From positions 53,262 through 117,261 of the forward strand of contig CAWCPV010000013.1 in assembly GCA_963797555.1 (NCBI GenBank): a stretch of 64,000 nt of DNA, in the 5' to 3' direction. Below, one piece after another: positions 11,100 through 22,938 of this stretch; within the stretch, counting starts at the first letter, position 1; every line of letters starts with the position of its first letter. Both the position numbers and the translations under genes were made by a program. The DNA comes from an uncultured Gammaproteobacteria bacterium. Its GTDB lineage: Bacteria > Pseudomonadota > Gammaproteobacteria > CAWCPV01. The notes below the pieces were generated by a model. The model was not told where the DNA came from. It worked only from the letters and a program-made list of their open reading frames with translations, and did no database searches.

Positions 11100-11864
11100 A
11101 GGGTCGGAGGCCGGACTCGGGTCGGGCGCCTCCCACTCCGACGGACCATCGTCGCTTAAGGGCGGCGAGTAGCTTCTTTACCTCAGCAAATTGCGACTCA
11201 GGCTGGAAATCGGCTGGGGCGAGGGCTACCAAATTGTCGGCTTCGAGCAACGCTTCGCTCAAGGTGGCTTTCTGGGAGGGCGTGTGGAGGATGAAGACGC
11301 CTCGCTGGCCTTCTTTGAAGCGCGGTGCTGCTCTGGTCCAGGGCGCCCAATCGGCCGTCGGGAAGTACACCACCATGGACGCGCGGCCGTGGCCGCACAG
11401 CATCTCATGGACGCGTTCGGCTGGTGCCCACAAAGGGGCTTTGCCCTCGCGGCTCCGTTTTTCGACTGGGCTGATGTTCACCACCTCGGCGTCAACCACA
11501 AGTTCGGCGCCCTGCAGCCGCTCCCGCAAGTGGATTTGCGGCAAATGGGCCACAGCCGCAGCTACACTCTTCTCCTCCCGGATGTCCACGTGCTCTATTT
11601 CGCGCACGGCGATACCTCTGCCATGGACCCAACTGTTCGTGAAGAACACTGCCTTTTGGCCAGGACTAAGGGTTTCGGGCGCGTTGGCGGCAACCGCGAT
11701 CATCTTGCCGCGCAGATCTTCAAGCACCGGTTCGACACGCAGACCCACGGTCGAGACGCACCACCACTAGCTTTTCATTCCGCGGTACGGCAGGTGCCGC
11801 GCTCAACGATGGTTCCACTGAAAATAAAGCTGGATGAGCGCACCAGACCCCGGATTGATGACAT
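11100..11864 (-). pseudogene. frameshifted hypothetical protein
   Basis: AAGGAGG RBS then MSSIRGLVRSSSFIFSGTIVERG; protein-like reading resumes in other frames (EKLVVVRLDRG; LRVEPVLEDLRGK..APRFKEGQRGVFIL); 3' end approximate. Confidence 0.5.
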
Positions 11865-12468
11865 TAAGGACCTCCTTGGAGTGCATGGATGAATGAAGGC
11901 AAAGACTGTGCCCTCGGTCCGTTTACCGGGTTTTGTGTCAAGCGGCCTCCGGCGATAGGGGTCGGGAAGGGGTGGCCCGTTATTCAGCGAGGTGCGGTCG
12001 GGTGGCGAAGAGCCCGTTGGGTGCGGTGCTCGCCCAGGCGTCCACGGGGAAGGTCGTTCGGCTGCTGCCGGTTGGGGGCTGCCGGCAGCGTGACCGAAGC
12101 AGTGAACAGTCGTTTTCGTGGCTTTCTCCCTACGAACTATGGTTAGACTTTGTCGCCCTACGCCGGTAAGCACTTGAAGTTTAATGGGTTGCGTCCGGCA
12201 ATGTGCGATCTGTTTGAAAGCATTAAGCCGAGCAAACAGTAACCAAGCTACCCGACCTGAGTCAAGTTAGGATGTTTCCCTGTCTCCACGCGGGTTTTCC
12301 CTACCGCCTGAGATGCTGTCTTGAAGTCGCTCGGTGTAATGGTCACACTTTACTCCGGCACGCCGTTCTGGGGGGAGCATCCACAGCATGATGCCCGTGT
12401 CCAAGTATAGCGTATGCTCCACGTTACGGTCGGTTCAGTCACGCCCAGCGCTTTGGTTCCAGCGTACA

Positions 12469-13554
12469 CTAGTGTAGTGCTTCATTCTGTTTAGAACTTA
12501 AACGTGCGTTGGCGCGGATGACCTTCTGCAGGATGTCCTTAGCCTTGGCGGTCCAGATGAAGGGTTTGGGATTGGCGTTGTGGGCATCGACATAGCGGTT
12601 GATGGCAGGGATCAACTCGGGGACGCTTCGAAACACGCCACGGCGCAACCGATCCACAGTCAGGTCGCGGAAGAATCGCTCGACCATGTTCAACCAGGAT
12701 GCTGAGGTGGGCGTGAAATGGATGTGGAAACGCGGGTGTTTTCCCAGCCATTTCTGAACGTTGGGATGTTTGTGGGTGGCGTAGTTGTCGCAGACCAAGT
12801 GCAGTTCCTTGTCCTTGGGCGTCTCGCGGTCGATTTGGCGCAGGAAGGTGAGCCACTCCGTGTGGCGATGGTGCGGCTCGCAGCGGGCAATCACGGAACC
12901 CTCCAAGGTGTTCAGGGCAGCAAACAGTGTCGTGGTGCCATGGCGCTTGTAGTCATGGGTCATGGTCGCAGCCCGCCCCTTCTTCAGCGGCAGGCCAGGT
13001 TGGGTACGATCCAGCGCCTGAACCTGACTCTTCTCGTCGCAGCACAACACCAAAGCATGCTCCGGGGGGAACAGATACAGCCCGACGATGTCCTCCAACT
13101 TCTCGGTGAATTTCGGGTCGCGCGATACCTTGAAGGATTCGACACGATGCGGCTTCAGCCCATGGGCATGCCACACGCGCAGCACCGTGGTGTCGCTCAC
13201 TCCCATTTCCTTAGCCAGGGTCCGCGTACTCCACTGTGTCGCTGCTAAGGGCTGGGTCTGAGTCGTGCGTCGCACGATCTCGGCGGCATCCACCTTGGGC
13301 TGACGACCTCCGCGCGGCAGGTCACACTCGATGGCCGCCAGCCCGCCTTGCGCATAGCGCTCCCGCCAACGCCCAACCTGCACACGCCCAATCTTGAGTT
13401 CCGCCGCGATGGCCTTGTTCTCCATGCCCACCGCCGCCAACAGCACAATGCGCGCTCGGCGGGCCAGCCTCACACTCGTGGTGTTCGAACGCGACACACG
13501 CCTCAGGCTCCGCTGTTCTTCCGCGCTCAGTCGGACCATCGGGGCTACTCGCAT
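12469..13554 (-). CDS. IS630-family transposase
   Basis: N-terminal HTH; DEKSQVQALDR, HDYKRHGT, DNYATH, SWLNMVERFF. Confidence 0.95.
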   Translation of the reverse strand: MRVAPMVRLSAEEQRSLRRVSRSNTTSVRLARRARIVLLAAVGMENKAIAAELKIGRVQVGRWRERYAQGGLAAIECDLPRGGRQPKVDAAEIVRRTTQTQPLAATQWSTRTLAKEMGVSDTTVLRVWHAHGLKPHRVESFKVSRDPKFTEKLEDIVGLYLFPPEHALVLCCDEKSQVQALDRTQPGLPLKKGRAATMTHDYKRHGTTTLFAALNTLEGSVIARCEPHHRHTEWLTFLRQIDRETPKDKELHLVCDNYATHKHPNVQKWLGKHPRFHIHFTPTSASWLNMVERFFRDLTVDRLRRGVFRSVPELIPAINRYVDAHNANPKPFIWTAKAKDILQKVIRANARLSSKQNEALH

Positions 13555-13634
13555 CAGTGCTCTCCTGTCTTGGCTTCATAGCCCTGGACAGCGATAGATC
13601 ATATATGTTCCGTTAATTACCAAGCACTACACTA
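12470..13634 (-). mobile_element. IS630-family insertion sequence
   Basis: Terminal IRs TAGTGTAGTGCTT / AAGCACTACACTA in CTAG context at both ends. Confidence 0.9.
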
Positions 13635-13685
13635 GCGACGCCTAAGCGGGTACTACCCATGCTTGTCCAGGATCATGGACAAGAG

Positions 13686-14927
13686 GGCACCTCGAAGAAT
13701 TGGTTTTGGCGCCGGTCGGTCGCTGCGATCGGGTCAGGGATAAGAGAATTGGGGCGAGGCGAGTGGATTTTGAGGGGTTTCGGGAGGGCTCCCGTCGCCT
13801 TGCGGCCGCCGGCCGGGAGACTCCGGCGGTCCTCAGGCCGGCGCCGGCATCGGACCTTTACCGCCTGACCTGATCAGATAGCTCAGGCGGTGCAGGTTGT
13901 AGACGAGATTCATGAGCCCGATCTTGGCCCTCGCACGCACCCACCCGATGGTTCGCACGAGCTTCCCGCCTTGCTCGTTGTGCTGGGAGCCGAAGACATG
14001 CTCGACGCGCACCCGGATGCTCGAACGGCGCCGGTTGACCTCTTGCTGGTAGGCGCTGAGCGCCCTGTGGCGGTGACCCCGGCGGTGAATCCGGCTCCTG
14101 AGCCCCTTCTTACGCAGCAGCCGCTCGGTCTCCTCGGAGCGGTAGGCGCTGTCGGCCCAGACCTCGGTGCTGGTGTTGGCTCGGTCGAGCAGCGGCTCGA
14201 AGACCTGACTGTCGTGCACCGCGGCATCGGTCACCGCGTACCTGCGCACCCGCTTGTGGGCAGCGTCCACGCTCACGTGGTTCTTGTACCCGTAATAGCT
14301 CTTGCCATGTTTCTTGGTCCAGCACGCCTCGGTGTCCTTTTGACGAAGCTTGGCGGGCTTGTCCTTCCAGGACTCGGGCGTCTCGCCCCGCTTGAGGGCG
14401 TCGTTCTCTTCCCGGCTGTTGCGCTGCTTGGGAGCGGAGACGATGCTGGCATCGATGATCTGTCCCTTGCGGGCGATGAACCCCCGCCGCTCGATCTGCT
14501 GGTTGAAGGCCCGAAACAGCTCTTGCACAGCGTTGCCCTTCGCCAGCGCCTCGCGAAACAGCCACACCGTGGTGGCATCGGGCACCTGCCCCAGGAATCG
14601 GCTGAAGGAGTAACGGTCCCGAATCTGGTACTCGATGCTCTCGTCGCTCAACGTGGTACAGGTGCTGCAGAACGAGCACCTTGAACATGAGCACGGCATC
14701 GTAGGGCCTGCGCCCGGCGTTGCTCTTGCGCGGCTTGTCCCGCAGGCACTCAAGCCGGGGGCGAAAGCCCTCCCAGTCGACCACCTGCTGGATGTGCACT
14801 AGGGGGTCACCGAGCCGGCCCAGGCGCTCATCGAATCCGGGCTGGGTCATCGCTCTGTTCCTCATCGGCCGCGAAGTGGCACCAGTCTATCGGGCAGCCG
14901 CCCCCAGTGGCAATTTTTCGAGGTGCC
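13686..14927 (-). mobile_element. IS5-family insertion sequence with frameshifted transposase
   Basis: IRs GGCACCTCGAAGAATT / AATTTTTCGAGGTGCC flanked by CAAGAG on both sides; IIDASIV, YYGYKNHV, WADSAY, RVRVEHVFG motifs; frameshift near 14650. Confidence 0.88.
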
Positions 14928-15039
14928 CAAGAGCTTCTCTGTGTCAGCCTCGCGTTGCTGGGAGAACTCAATCTTTGTGGGGTTCTGTAAATACTATCCC
15001 CGCCACTAGCCTCGCGCTCTGTGTATTAGTGAGCCCGCT

Positions 15040-15280
15040 CAGCTCCAACACTCCCAGACAAGCCCACAGCCTCACACCTTCCGACTTGGCATACCGCATC
15101 AGGCTTTCCAGCTCGCGCGCCGGGTGTAAGGCTGAGCTTCGGACAGCCTCCTGCAGGGAGGGACTCTACTAGGTCCATCTTGGCACTATTCAACGCGGCT
15201 TCGAAGTGCGGGTCTTGCCGCCATCGGCTGATCGTCTCCCCCCGGATACCAAGCTTCTCCGCACCCTCCAGGCCCGCATA
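15040..15280 (-). pseudogene. small HTH protein remnant
   Basis: AEKLGIRGETISRWRQDPHFEAAL reads as a helix-turn-helix; no clear start; limits approximate. Confidence 0.35.
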
Positions 15281-15962
15281 CTCTGAATACCCCCGGTAGA
15301 GTGACCGTCCCCACCACCCAGTCAACCTCTTCCCTCTGCCGGTCGGGCGGCTTTCATGCCCTCTGCGGTCACTCTTCGGAGCCTGCTTGCCAGGGAGGTC
15401 ATCCGCGGACGCATGGAAGGGCGCAAGGGCACGCTCGCGCTGCTGGAGGTGCTGGCGAACGATGTCGCCGGCTGGCCGGCGCGGGCGGTGGAATTCTACG
15501 CGCTGCTGAACTGGACGCAGCACATCAACCATCTTCGTCTCAACCGCGTGCGCAGCACCGAACTGCGTAGGGGTGGTGCGCTCGATCTGTTGGGCGGGCC
15601 ATTCGATCCGATCGCACACTCGGTCGATGTCCGTCGCGTGATCTCGCACCATCGCCTCGGCCGCTACAATATCCCCAGCGTCGGCGTTTTCGTCGCGGTT
15701 GAAGGTCTACTCGGTGACCCATGCACCGGCCTACTGTCTGGAGAGCGCCGGGCCGCAGTGCTTCACCCTCGGCCTGCTCGGTCATGACCAGCCTCTGTAC
15801 ACCAAGGCGGAGCCGGAGACGGAGCCGACGCACATTGCCGACGAGATCAACCTGCCGGTTGCCATCCGGCGCCGGGCGCTGGAGGAGCGCATCAGCCTGC
15901 GGCTGCTCAAGACCGACCCCTCGGCCGCGTACTACGGCGAGGGCAAGAGCTTGGTAATCTAA

Positions 15963-17027
15963 CCCGACTTCGCGGATTCGCACGGCGATTGGCCCGCTGG
16001 CCAGGGGTAAGTGATTGTTTGTGGGGACCGTGGTGAGCCAAAAAGGGTTGAAACGCGCTGTAGTGAAGACCTTGCTTGTTTTCAAGGGGAAAAATCTGCG
16101 GATAATGATGTTCCATCATGTTTCTACGGGCCACGACTCGGAAGAAAGACGGCAAGGATCACCGTTACTGGAGTATTGTCGAGAATAGGCGCCTGAGCGG
16201 TGGGCGCGTGCTGCAACGGCATGTGCTGTATTTGGGTGAGATCAACTCCTCGCAGGAGTTGGCGTGGCGTTGACGGATTTGCTCGGAGCGGATGCGGCGC
16301 TCTCCGACAGCCACCGGCTGTATGTCTGTCACGACCGCTTGCTGGAGCACAAGGCGGCGGTCTTTGACCATCTGGTGCGGCGTTGCGGCGCGCCAACACG
16401 GCCCAGCGGTATGGCGCTTGGTTCAACTGGAGGTCGACCCCAAGGACGCCACGTTTAGCTACCGCCTGCGCCGCGATAAGCTGCGTGAAGTGCGCCGGCG
16501 CGAAGGACGGTATCTGCTGCGCACCAATCTCACCGACACCGATCCCGCCAAGCTATGGGGGTTTTACCTGCAACTGGTGGCGGTGGAAGAAGCGTTCAAG
16601 AATCTCAAGGGGGATTTGGCCATTCGGCCAATCTTTCATCAACACGTCGAGCGTATCGAAGCCCATATCTTCATTGCCTTTCTTGCCTATTGTCTGCATG
16701 TCACGCTCGGGCGACGTTTGCATGCGCTCGCGCCTGGATTAACCACGCGCAGCGTGCTGGAGAAATTCGCCGCCGTGCAGATGGTCGACGCACAGGTGCC
16801 GACCACCGATGGGCGCGAATTGACGTTCACCCGCTACACCCAACCTGAGCCAGAACTGCAACTGCTCCTCGCGCAGTTGAAGCTCGAACTGCCCGCACCA
16901 CCAGCTCCGAAAATCAGCACCGCCCACACTGCCTCAGCCGCCGCGATGTAGTGCAGACCTTGCCAGGCGCCCTCTCGCAATTTCAACCACTTACGCTATC
17001 CCTACCCCGCGAATCCGCGAAGTCGGG
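15963..17027 (+). mobile_element. IS1634-family element, internally deleted
   Basis: 19-bp perfect IR CCCGACTTCGCGGATTCGC flanked by CTAA; N-terminal MFLRATTRKKDGKDHRYWSIVE and C-terminal GRYLLRTN, VEEAFKNLK, IRPIFH, AHIFIAFLAY; middle missing. Confidence 0.85.
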
Positions 17028-17960
17028 CTAACGCCCCGGACTGGCCAACCAAAGGCGCACCGCAGCCCATTTTGCGTGAGAAAGTGATTCCCGCCGACCT
17101 TTCCGACTGGCGCTACCGCGCCCAGCGGGGGCAGGTGGCGGTGGATCCGGTGCGCGGTCGCATCGTTTTCCCGGCCGGGCAGTTGCCCAAGCGCGGTGTG
17201 TGGGTCACCTACCACTACGCGTTCAGCGCGGGCATGGGCGGCGGCGAGTACAGCCGGCCCTTGTTCCAACCGCTGGGCTATGGGCTCTACAAAGTGTCCA
17301 AGGACAATCCGACACCCGGCACCTTCGACACCGTCAATGCCGCCATCACGCAATGGCACCAGGACCAACAGGACCTCGGACCTGAGCCCGCCGATCCGGC
17401 AGTGAAAGACAAATGGCTGCAGGACAAGGAGCGCCTGCGTGCGGCTGTGGTGGAGATCCAGGACAGCGCCGTGTACAGCGAGCCGATCACCATCGAACTG
17501 GAAGCGGGGGAGAGCCTGCAGATCCGCGCTGCCAATCGCAAGCGGCCGGTGATTCGCATGCTCGACTACATGACCGAGCGGCCGGATGCGTTCACGGTCT
17601 CCGGCAAGCAGGGCAGCCGCTTTGTCCTCGACGGCATCATCGTCACCGGACGCGGGATGCAGATCGTCGGCCCCGACCGCATGGACCCGGAACGCTTCCC
17701 ACAAGGCGACTTGTGCGACGTGACCCTGCGCCATGTCACGCTGGTGCCCGGCTGGGGGCTGGAGTGCGACTGCGAGCCGCGACGGCCCAGCGAACCCCAG
17801 CCTGGAACTCATCTCCGCGGCCGCGAAAATCCGCATCGAGCACGTAACCGTTCACCCCCCTGGAATATTTTGACCCGGAGGGCTGGACAAAACGGTTCCA
17901 GCGTGAGACAGTTGGGTGCCCTTGGCAGGATGTTCCTCGACCTCACTGTCACACACAATC

Positions 17961-19529
17961 ATGGTGCTCAAGGAGCACGACCTTCGTCAGCTCAGCGAGG
18001 AGCGCATTCTGGAGCTGAGGCAGAAGGATCCCGATGCGCTGGCAGCGCTGAGCATCCGCCTGCTGCAGGATCTCAAGGAAGCGTGGGAGCGGCTCAATCA
18101 GAGTCCCTCCAATAGCTCTCGTCCGCCGAGCAGTCAAGACCCCTGGCTGCGTGCGCGGGAGGACGAAGAGGCCGACGCCGGTCCTGAGGACGAGGAGGCC
18201 AAGAGCCGTTCTGAGGAGGATGGCCTCCCCGGGGCTGGCGGCCAGAAGGGCGCAAAGGACACGAGTGGCAAGACCTCAGGGACGCAGCGCCGAGCGGGCC
18301 GGCAGCCTGGCTCCCAGGGATTCGGGCGCGCCCAGAAGCTGACAGTCACCGATTGGGACCATCATCGGCCGGGAAGTTGTGCGCTGTGTGGTGGGGCGCT
18401 CAATCCTGAGCAGGCGAAGCCCTACACCGCCTTTGATAGGCTGGACTTGGTCTTTGGCGATGAGCAGGCGCCGGGGCTGCGCCTGACCTGCACGCGGCAG
18501 GTATACTACCAGAGCCGTTGCGACTGTGGTCATGAGACCCGGCAGGCGCCGCACCGCGCGCCCGAGCACTTGGGATGCTGGCGAGGGGTGGAGCTTGGCG
18601 AGTGGCGCCTGGTGGGGCCGGGATTGTGCGCCTTCATCGTCTGGCTGCGGTTTCGGATGCGCCTGTCCATCCGCCTGGTCCGGGAGTTCCTGCACGAGGT
18701 GTTTGGGCTGGCGCTCGGCATCGGCACCCTCCACCAATGCGTGATGGAGACCGCCCGTGCCTGCGAGCCGGTCGAGGATGAGCTGGTGACCCAGTTGCTG
18801 GAAGCGGCCCTCATGCATGCCGATGAGACACCGCACAAGCAATGGGGAGAGCCCTTGTGGTTATGGGTGTTCATCTCGGCCTCGACGGCGCTGTTCTTGG
18901 TCGGCTCTCGCGCCAAAGAGATGTTTCAGAACCTCATCGAGGATCTCTTCTGCGGCTATCTGATGAGCGATGGGTACCAGGTCTATCGGGACTATGCCAA
19001 GCGCCTGCGTTGCTGGGCGCATCTCATTCGCAAGGCCCGGGGCCTGAGGGATTGCCTCTCGCCCACCCTCCAGGGCTACGGCCAGGCGGTCTATGACCTG
19101 CTCGATGCGCTGATGCAGGCCGTCTATCACGCCCGCGAGGGACCGGGCGGCTCCCTGCGGCAAGCCCACCCGGGCGAGATCAACGAGCTCACGGCCCTGT
19201 GTGAACGCATGAGCTGCTGCCCTTATGACAAGGCCCAGGCGCTGGGCAAGGAGCTGCTCAACGACTGGGGGGCGATCTTCCGGGTGTTGGATGAGCCTCA
19301 GCTGCCGCTGACCAACAACGTGGCGGAGCGGGCGCTGCGTCACTGGGTGATTCTGCGTCGCATCAGCCAGGGGACCCGCAGCGAACAAGGCAGCCGGGCG
19401 CTGGCGCTGCTCGCCAGTGTGATCGAGACTTCTCGGCTGCGATTGAGCTCCCCGCTGTGCTATCTCAGAGATGTCCTCGCCCACCGACGCCGCGGCTTTG
19501 AGGCACCGCCGCTTCCTGCGCCCGCTTGA
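17961..19529 (+). CDS. IS66-family transposase TnpC
   Basis: NSSRPPSSQ, HADET, LMSDGY, CWAHLIRK, TNNVAERALR. Confidence 0.93.
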   Translation: MVLKEHDLRQLSEERILELRQKDPDALAALSIRLLQDLKEAWERLNQSPSNSSRPPSSQDPWLRAREDEEADAGPEDEEAKSRSEEDGLPGAGGQKGAKDTSGKTSGTQRRAGRQPGSQGFGRAQKLTVTDWDHHRPGSCALCGGALNPEQAKPYTAFDRLDLVFGDEQAPGLRLTCTRQVYYQSRCDCGHETRQAPHRAPEHLGCWRGVELGEWRLVGPGLCAFIVWLRFRMRLSIRLVREFLHEVFGLALGIGTLHQCVMETARACEPVEDELVTQLLEAALMHADETPHKQWGEPLWLWVFISASTALFLVGSRAKEMFQNLIEDLFCGYLMSDGYQVYRDYAKRLRCWAHLIRKARGLRDCLSPTLQGYGQAVYDLLDALMQAVYHAREGPGGSLRQAHPGEINELTALCERMSCCPYDKAQALGKELLNDWGAIFRVLDEPQLPLTNNVAERALRHWVILRRISQGTRSEQGSRALALLASVIETSRLRLSSPLCYLRDVLAHRRRGFEAPPLPAPA

Positions 19530-19531
19530 GT

Positions 19532-20441
19532 TCAGCGCTCACCGCGCAGGCGCTCTCTGGCCTGCGGGTGCAGAGCGTAGAGGAAGACCCGCTTTATCGC
19601 TCTGCCATGGCGTTGGTGCGCACGGTCCATGCGCCCGCGTCCGCTGGTCTCGCCCACCTCGCACCAGTTGGCCGCCCGGTAGCAGGTCCCGGCAAAGCGG
19701 GCCGGGTCCACCAGGGTCTCCAGCAGCCAGGGACGCAGCCCATAGTGGCGCTCCCAATCCCCTACGATGCGCCGGCTGCCCAAGGCCAGCACGTGGCTCG
19801 CCAGATGAGGCACTTTCACCCAGGGCAGAATCAGGAAGCGCCCCTGATTGACGATGCGTGCGAGGTGCGCTTTGCGCGCTCTCTCGTCCCAGCCGAATCC
19901 ACGCATCGCGGGCCTGCATGCGCCAGGCCGGGCTGGTGTAGGTGAGCCCGCCCAACACCTCCCCCTCCCGGCGCTGGGAGCAGATGAGATAGACCAACTG
20001 GGCCCCAAAGGGTGTGGCATAGCCCAAGTAGTGATAGCGCGCGAGAAGCTCGCGCCACAATGCCCGTCCCTCGGCCTGGCGCACTAACTGAAGCTCCACC
20101 GGGGCCACCTCCTGCAGCGCACCGGCAATCTCGCCGCGGCGTTCGCCCCGATCGGTCTGCGCAGTGCAGGTGCGCCGCCCCTTGGGCCTGCCCGTGCGCT
20201 TGGCGGGAAGCCCCAGATCCCCCCGAGCTTCCAACCGCTCCAGTAGATCCCGACACTCGCGGGACTTCAGGGCTCCGTTGTCCCGTCTCCACCCCAGCAG
20301 CTCACAGATGGTCTGCGCCAGCTCAAAACGACTCAGGCCCACGCACATCGACACCATTCGGACGATGGCGGAGATCTCCTCTTCGGTAAAGCTCCGGCCG
20401 CTCGCCGTGATCGCCTGCGGAATAGAGGGCTCTTGATCCAT
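19532..20441 (-). pseudogene. DUF4338 (DruA-like) protein, one frameshift near 19895
   Basis: SRFELAQTICELLGW, YHYLGY, ARDAWI/GW, RFLILPWV, HLASHVL, LLETLVDP..FAGTCYRAANW..GETSGRG. Confidence 0.82.
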
Positions 20442-21196
20442 GAGCCGGGAGTGTACGACAAGCCGAGCGGCTCTGCTGCGCTGGACGCGCTCTTAACGCA
20501 TCGATCAACTGGTGGGAGGGTCTGAACGGTTACTCGAGCACAGCGTCAGCGGCGCGATTGAGGTCGTCGCCGACGAGGTGCAAACCGACCCGGTGGAAAT
20601 TTACATCTCAGACAGCATCGTCGACGCCACCAGCGACACGCGGTTCGCCGTCGGAGCGGCGAACCTGCCGCTCGCCTTCGCCAACCTCACCATACTGCGT
20701 ACCACGGTGACCGGCGAGGTCAACACCCACGCCGTCACCCTGGCGGAGAACTCGATCTTCATGAGCCATATGCTGGTCGCGCGCCGGCAGCACGGCTGCG
20801 TGCGCTTCTGCTACGTCGTTCCCGGCTCGCGTACGCCGCGGCGCTACCACTGCCAGCCCGAACTGGCGGAAGCGGCGATCGAGGAAACCCTGCGCAGCGC
20901 GCCGCGTTCGGTCACCGACCCGCCGCTCACCGATGCGATGATCGCCGACGCAAAACAGCGGGAAGACGTGCGCGTACGACCGAGATTCACCAGCACGCGC
21001 TACGGGCTTCCCGCTTATTGTCAACTCGCTTGCGATTGCGCCGACGAGATCAAGCGCGGTGCAGACGACGAGTCGGAAATGGGCGCGTTCCACGATCTCT
21101 ATCAGCCGCAGCGTGAAGCGAACCTGCGCACGCGGCTGGATGAACACACGCCGGCAGGGACGGAGGCCGGGATTTTGTTCGCGAACTAGGAGAACA

Positions 21197-22634
21197 ATGA
21201 TGAAAGGCGATTTCACACGCGATACCTTCGATGCCGCCAAACACTTCAGTCGCGTGCTCATGCAGCAGGGCCGCGTGCAGTTGGACGCCGACTGGAATGA
21301 GCAGACCTCCATCTTGCTGCACTATCTGAGAACCTTGGCAGCGGACATCCTCGGGCCTTATGCCGGGCCGGCGGGTGCGATGGGGTTCGATCTCATCACC
21401 AAGGATGCACCCAATGCGGATGCGCGCATCGACGCCATGGAGCCCGACTCGGATCGGGCCAACTACCTCAAGCAGAAAGTGGCGGACGGCGACGTCGTGG
21501 TCGGCATCGGGCGCTACTACGTCCATGGCGTGCTGGTGGAAAATTACCGCGCGATTCTCTACAGCGAGCAGCTCGGCTATCCTTTCTCCGATGCAACCAA
21601 GCTGGAAAATCTCAAGGACAAATCTTTCATCGCCTATCTCGATGTATGGGAGCGGCTCGTCACCTATGTGCAGGACGGCCGCATTCGCGATGTGGCGCTG
21701 GGCGGCCCGGACACCTGCACCCGTGCCCAGGTGGTGTGGCAGTTGAAGGCATTGATTTCGTCCAGAGAACGCCGAGCAATTCGAATGCGCCTCGATCGAG
21801 GGGCTGCTCGAGCGTGCGATTCCTCCGCAGCTCAGAGCCCGTGCCAAGCTGGACAAGCCGCCCACGGCGTTGTGCGTGATCTCGCCGCAGTCGCGCTATC
21901 GCGGCGCGGAGAACCAACTCTACCGGGTGGAAGTGCACCAGGGCGGAACCGCCACGGGAGATGCGACCACCGGCACCTTCAAATGGTCGCGCGAAAACGG
22001 CTCGGTCGTCTTCCCGATCGTCTCGCTCAGTGGAACCACCGTCGTCGTCGAGACTTTGGGGCGTGACGAATGCTTGTCGCTGAAGCCCGGTGACTGGGTG
22101 GAGGTCAGCGATGACGACATCGCCGTGGGCGGGCAGGCCGGCCCGTTGGCGCAAGTGGACACCATCGACCGCGACGCGCTGACCGTCACCCTCAAACTCC
22201 CGGACGGGGCGACGCCTCTCCCGTCCTACGCCGACACCGATGCGCCCAGCAAACACCCCTTGCTCCGGCGCTGGGACCATGCCGGCGATCCGGCCGCCTA
22301 CGGCGGCGAACTGCCCATCACCGAAGCAACGACTACAGACCAGGGATGGATTCCACTGGAAGACGGGGTTCAGATCTGGTTGCCCAAGGGAGGAGAGTAC
22401 AGGGCTGGAGACTATTGGCTGATACCGGCGCGCGTGGCGACCGGCGATGTGGAGTGGCCGCCTGAACTCGACGGCAATGGCGTGCCGAAGCTCGACGCGG
22501 ACGAGAATCCGATCCCAGCCGAGAAACCGCCCCATGGTCCCCACCACTTCTATGCGCCACTGGCTCTAGTGTCCGAGGGCGGCAATACCCCCCAGGACTG
22601 CCGCTGTCCCATCCAGCATCTGTCGTGCATGTGA
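21197..22634 (+). pseudogene. DUF6519 eCIS protein (tail-fibre associated), frameshift near 21755
   Basis: MKGDFTRDTF, QQGRVQLDADWNEQ, YLDVWER, DVALGGPDT, YRGAENQLYRVE, FKWSRENGSV, GDYWLIPAR. Confidence 0.85.
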
Positions 22635-22938
22635 ACCGAGTCGGGGCGCTCTCGGTAGCCCCTGGATCTCGAAGCGGAGAACGCGGCGCGGCAGGGCGGT
22701 TCACAAGCCGCTCAGGCAGACGGAGCTGACCGCAAGGATCTGCGGGAACGCTTCCCTTATCCGAGGCGAGCGTCGCCGCGCAACGCTGCTATCGGGACGC
22801 GCGGCAAATTTGTTCAAAACCCTCAGGGTCGCCCCAGCCCTCGGCGGTGCTATCCTGCCTGCCACTGGTCGGCATGCTTCGCCTGTGACGCCCTCTAGGG
22901 AGGAGATCCGCCGTGCCGCCGTCGGCCCTCGATTGGTC

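Larger units (their letters stand above)
17844..20533 (+). mobile_element. IS66-family element (TnpC only) carrying a DUF4338 passenger, copy 1
   Basis: IRs GTAACCGTTCA / TGAACGGTTAC; 8-bp TSD TCGAGCAC at 17836-17843 and 20534-20541. Confidence 0.93.
15420..21189 (+). pseudogene. eCIS baseplate wedge / phage tail protein gene, 5'-truncated and split by two IS insertions (pieces about 15420-15962, 17032-17843, 20534-21189)
   Basis: RKGTLALLE..GWPARAVEF, AHSVDVR, RYNIP; AVDPVRGRI, YHYAFSAGMGGGEY; GCVRFCYV.GSRTPRRYHCQP, FTSTRYG.PAYCQL, GADDESEMGAFH. Confidence 0.8.

Noticed and set aside
10596-11100. Short ORFs upstream of the eCIS operon
   Set aside because: No motifs or convincing RBS; cannot support a call
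19532-20441. Druantia defence system
   Set aside because: No DruE helicase or other dru genes; the DUF4338 gene lies inside IS ends
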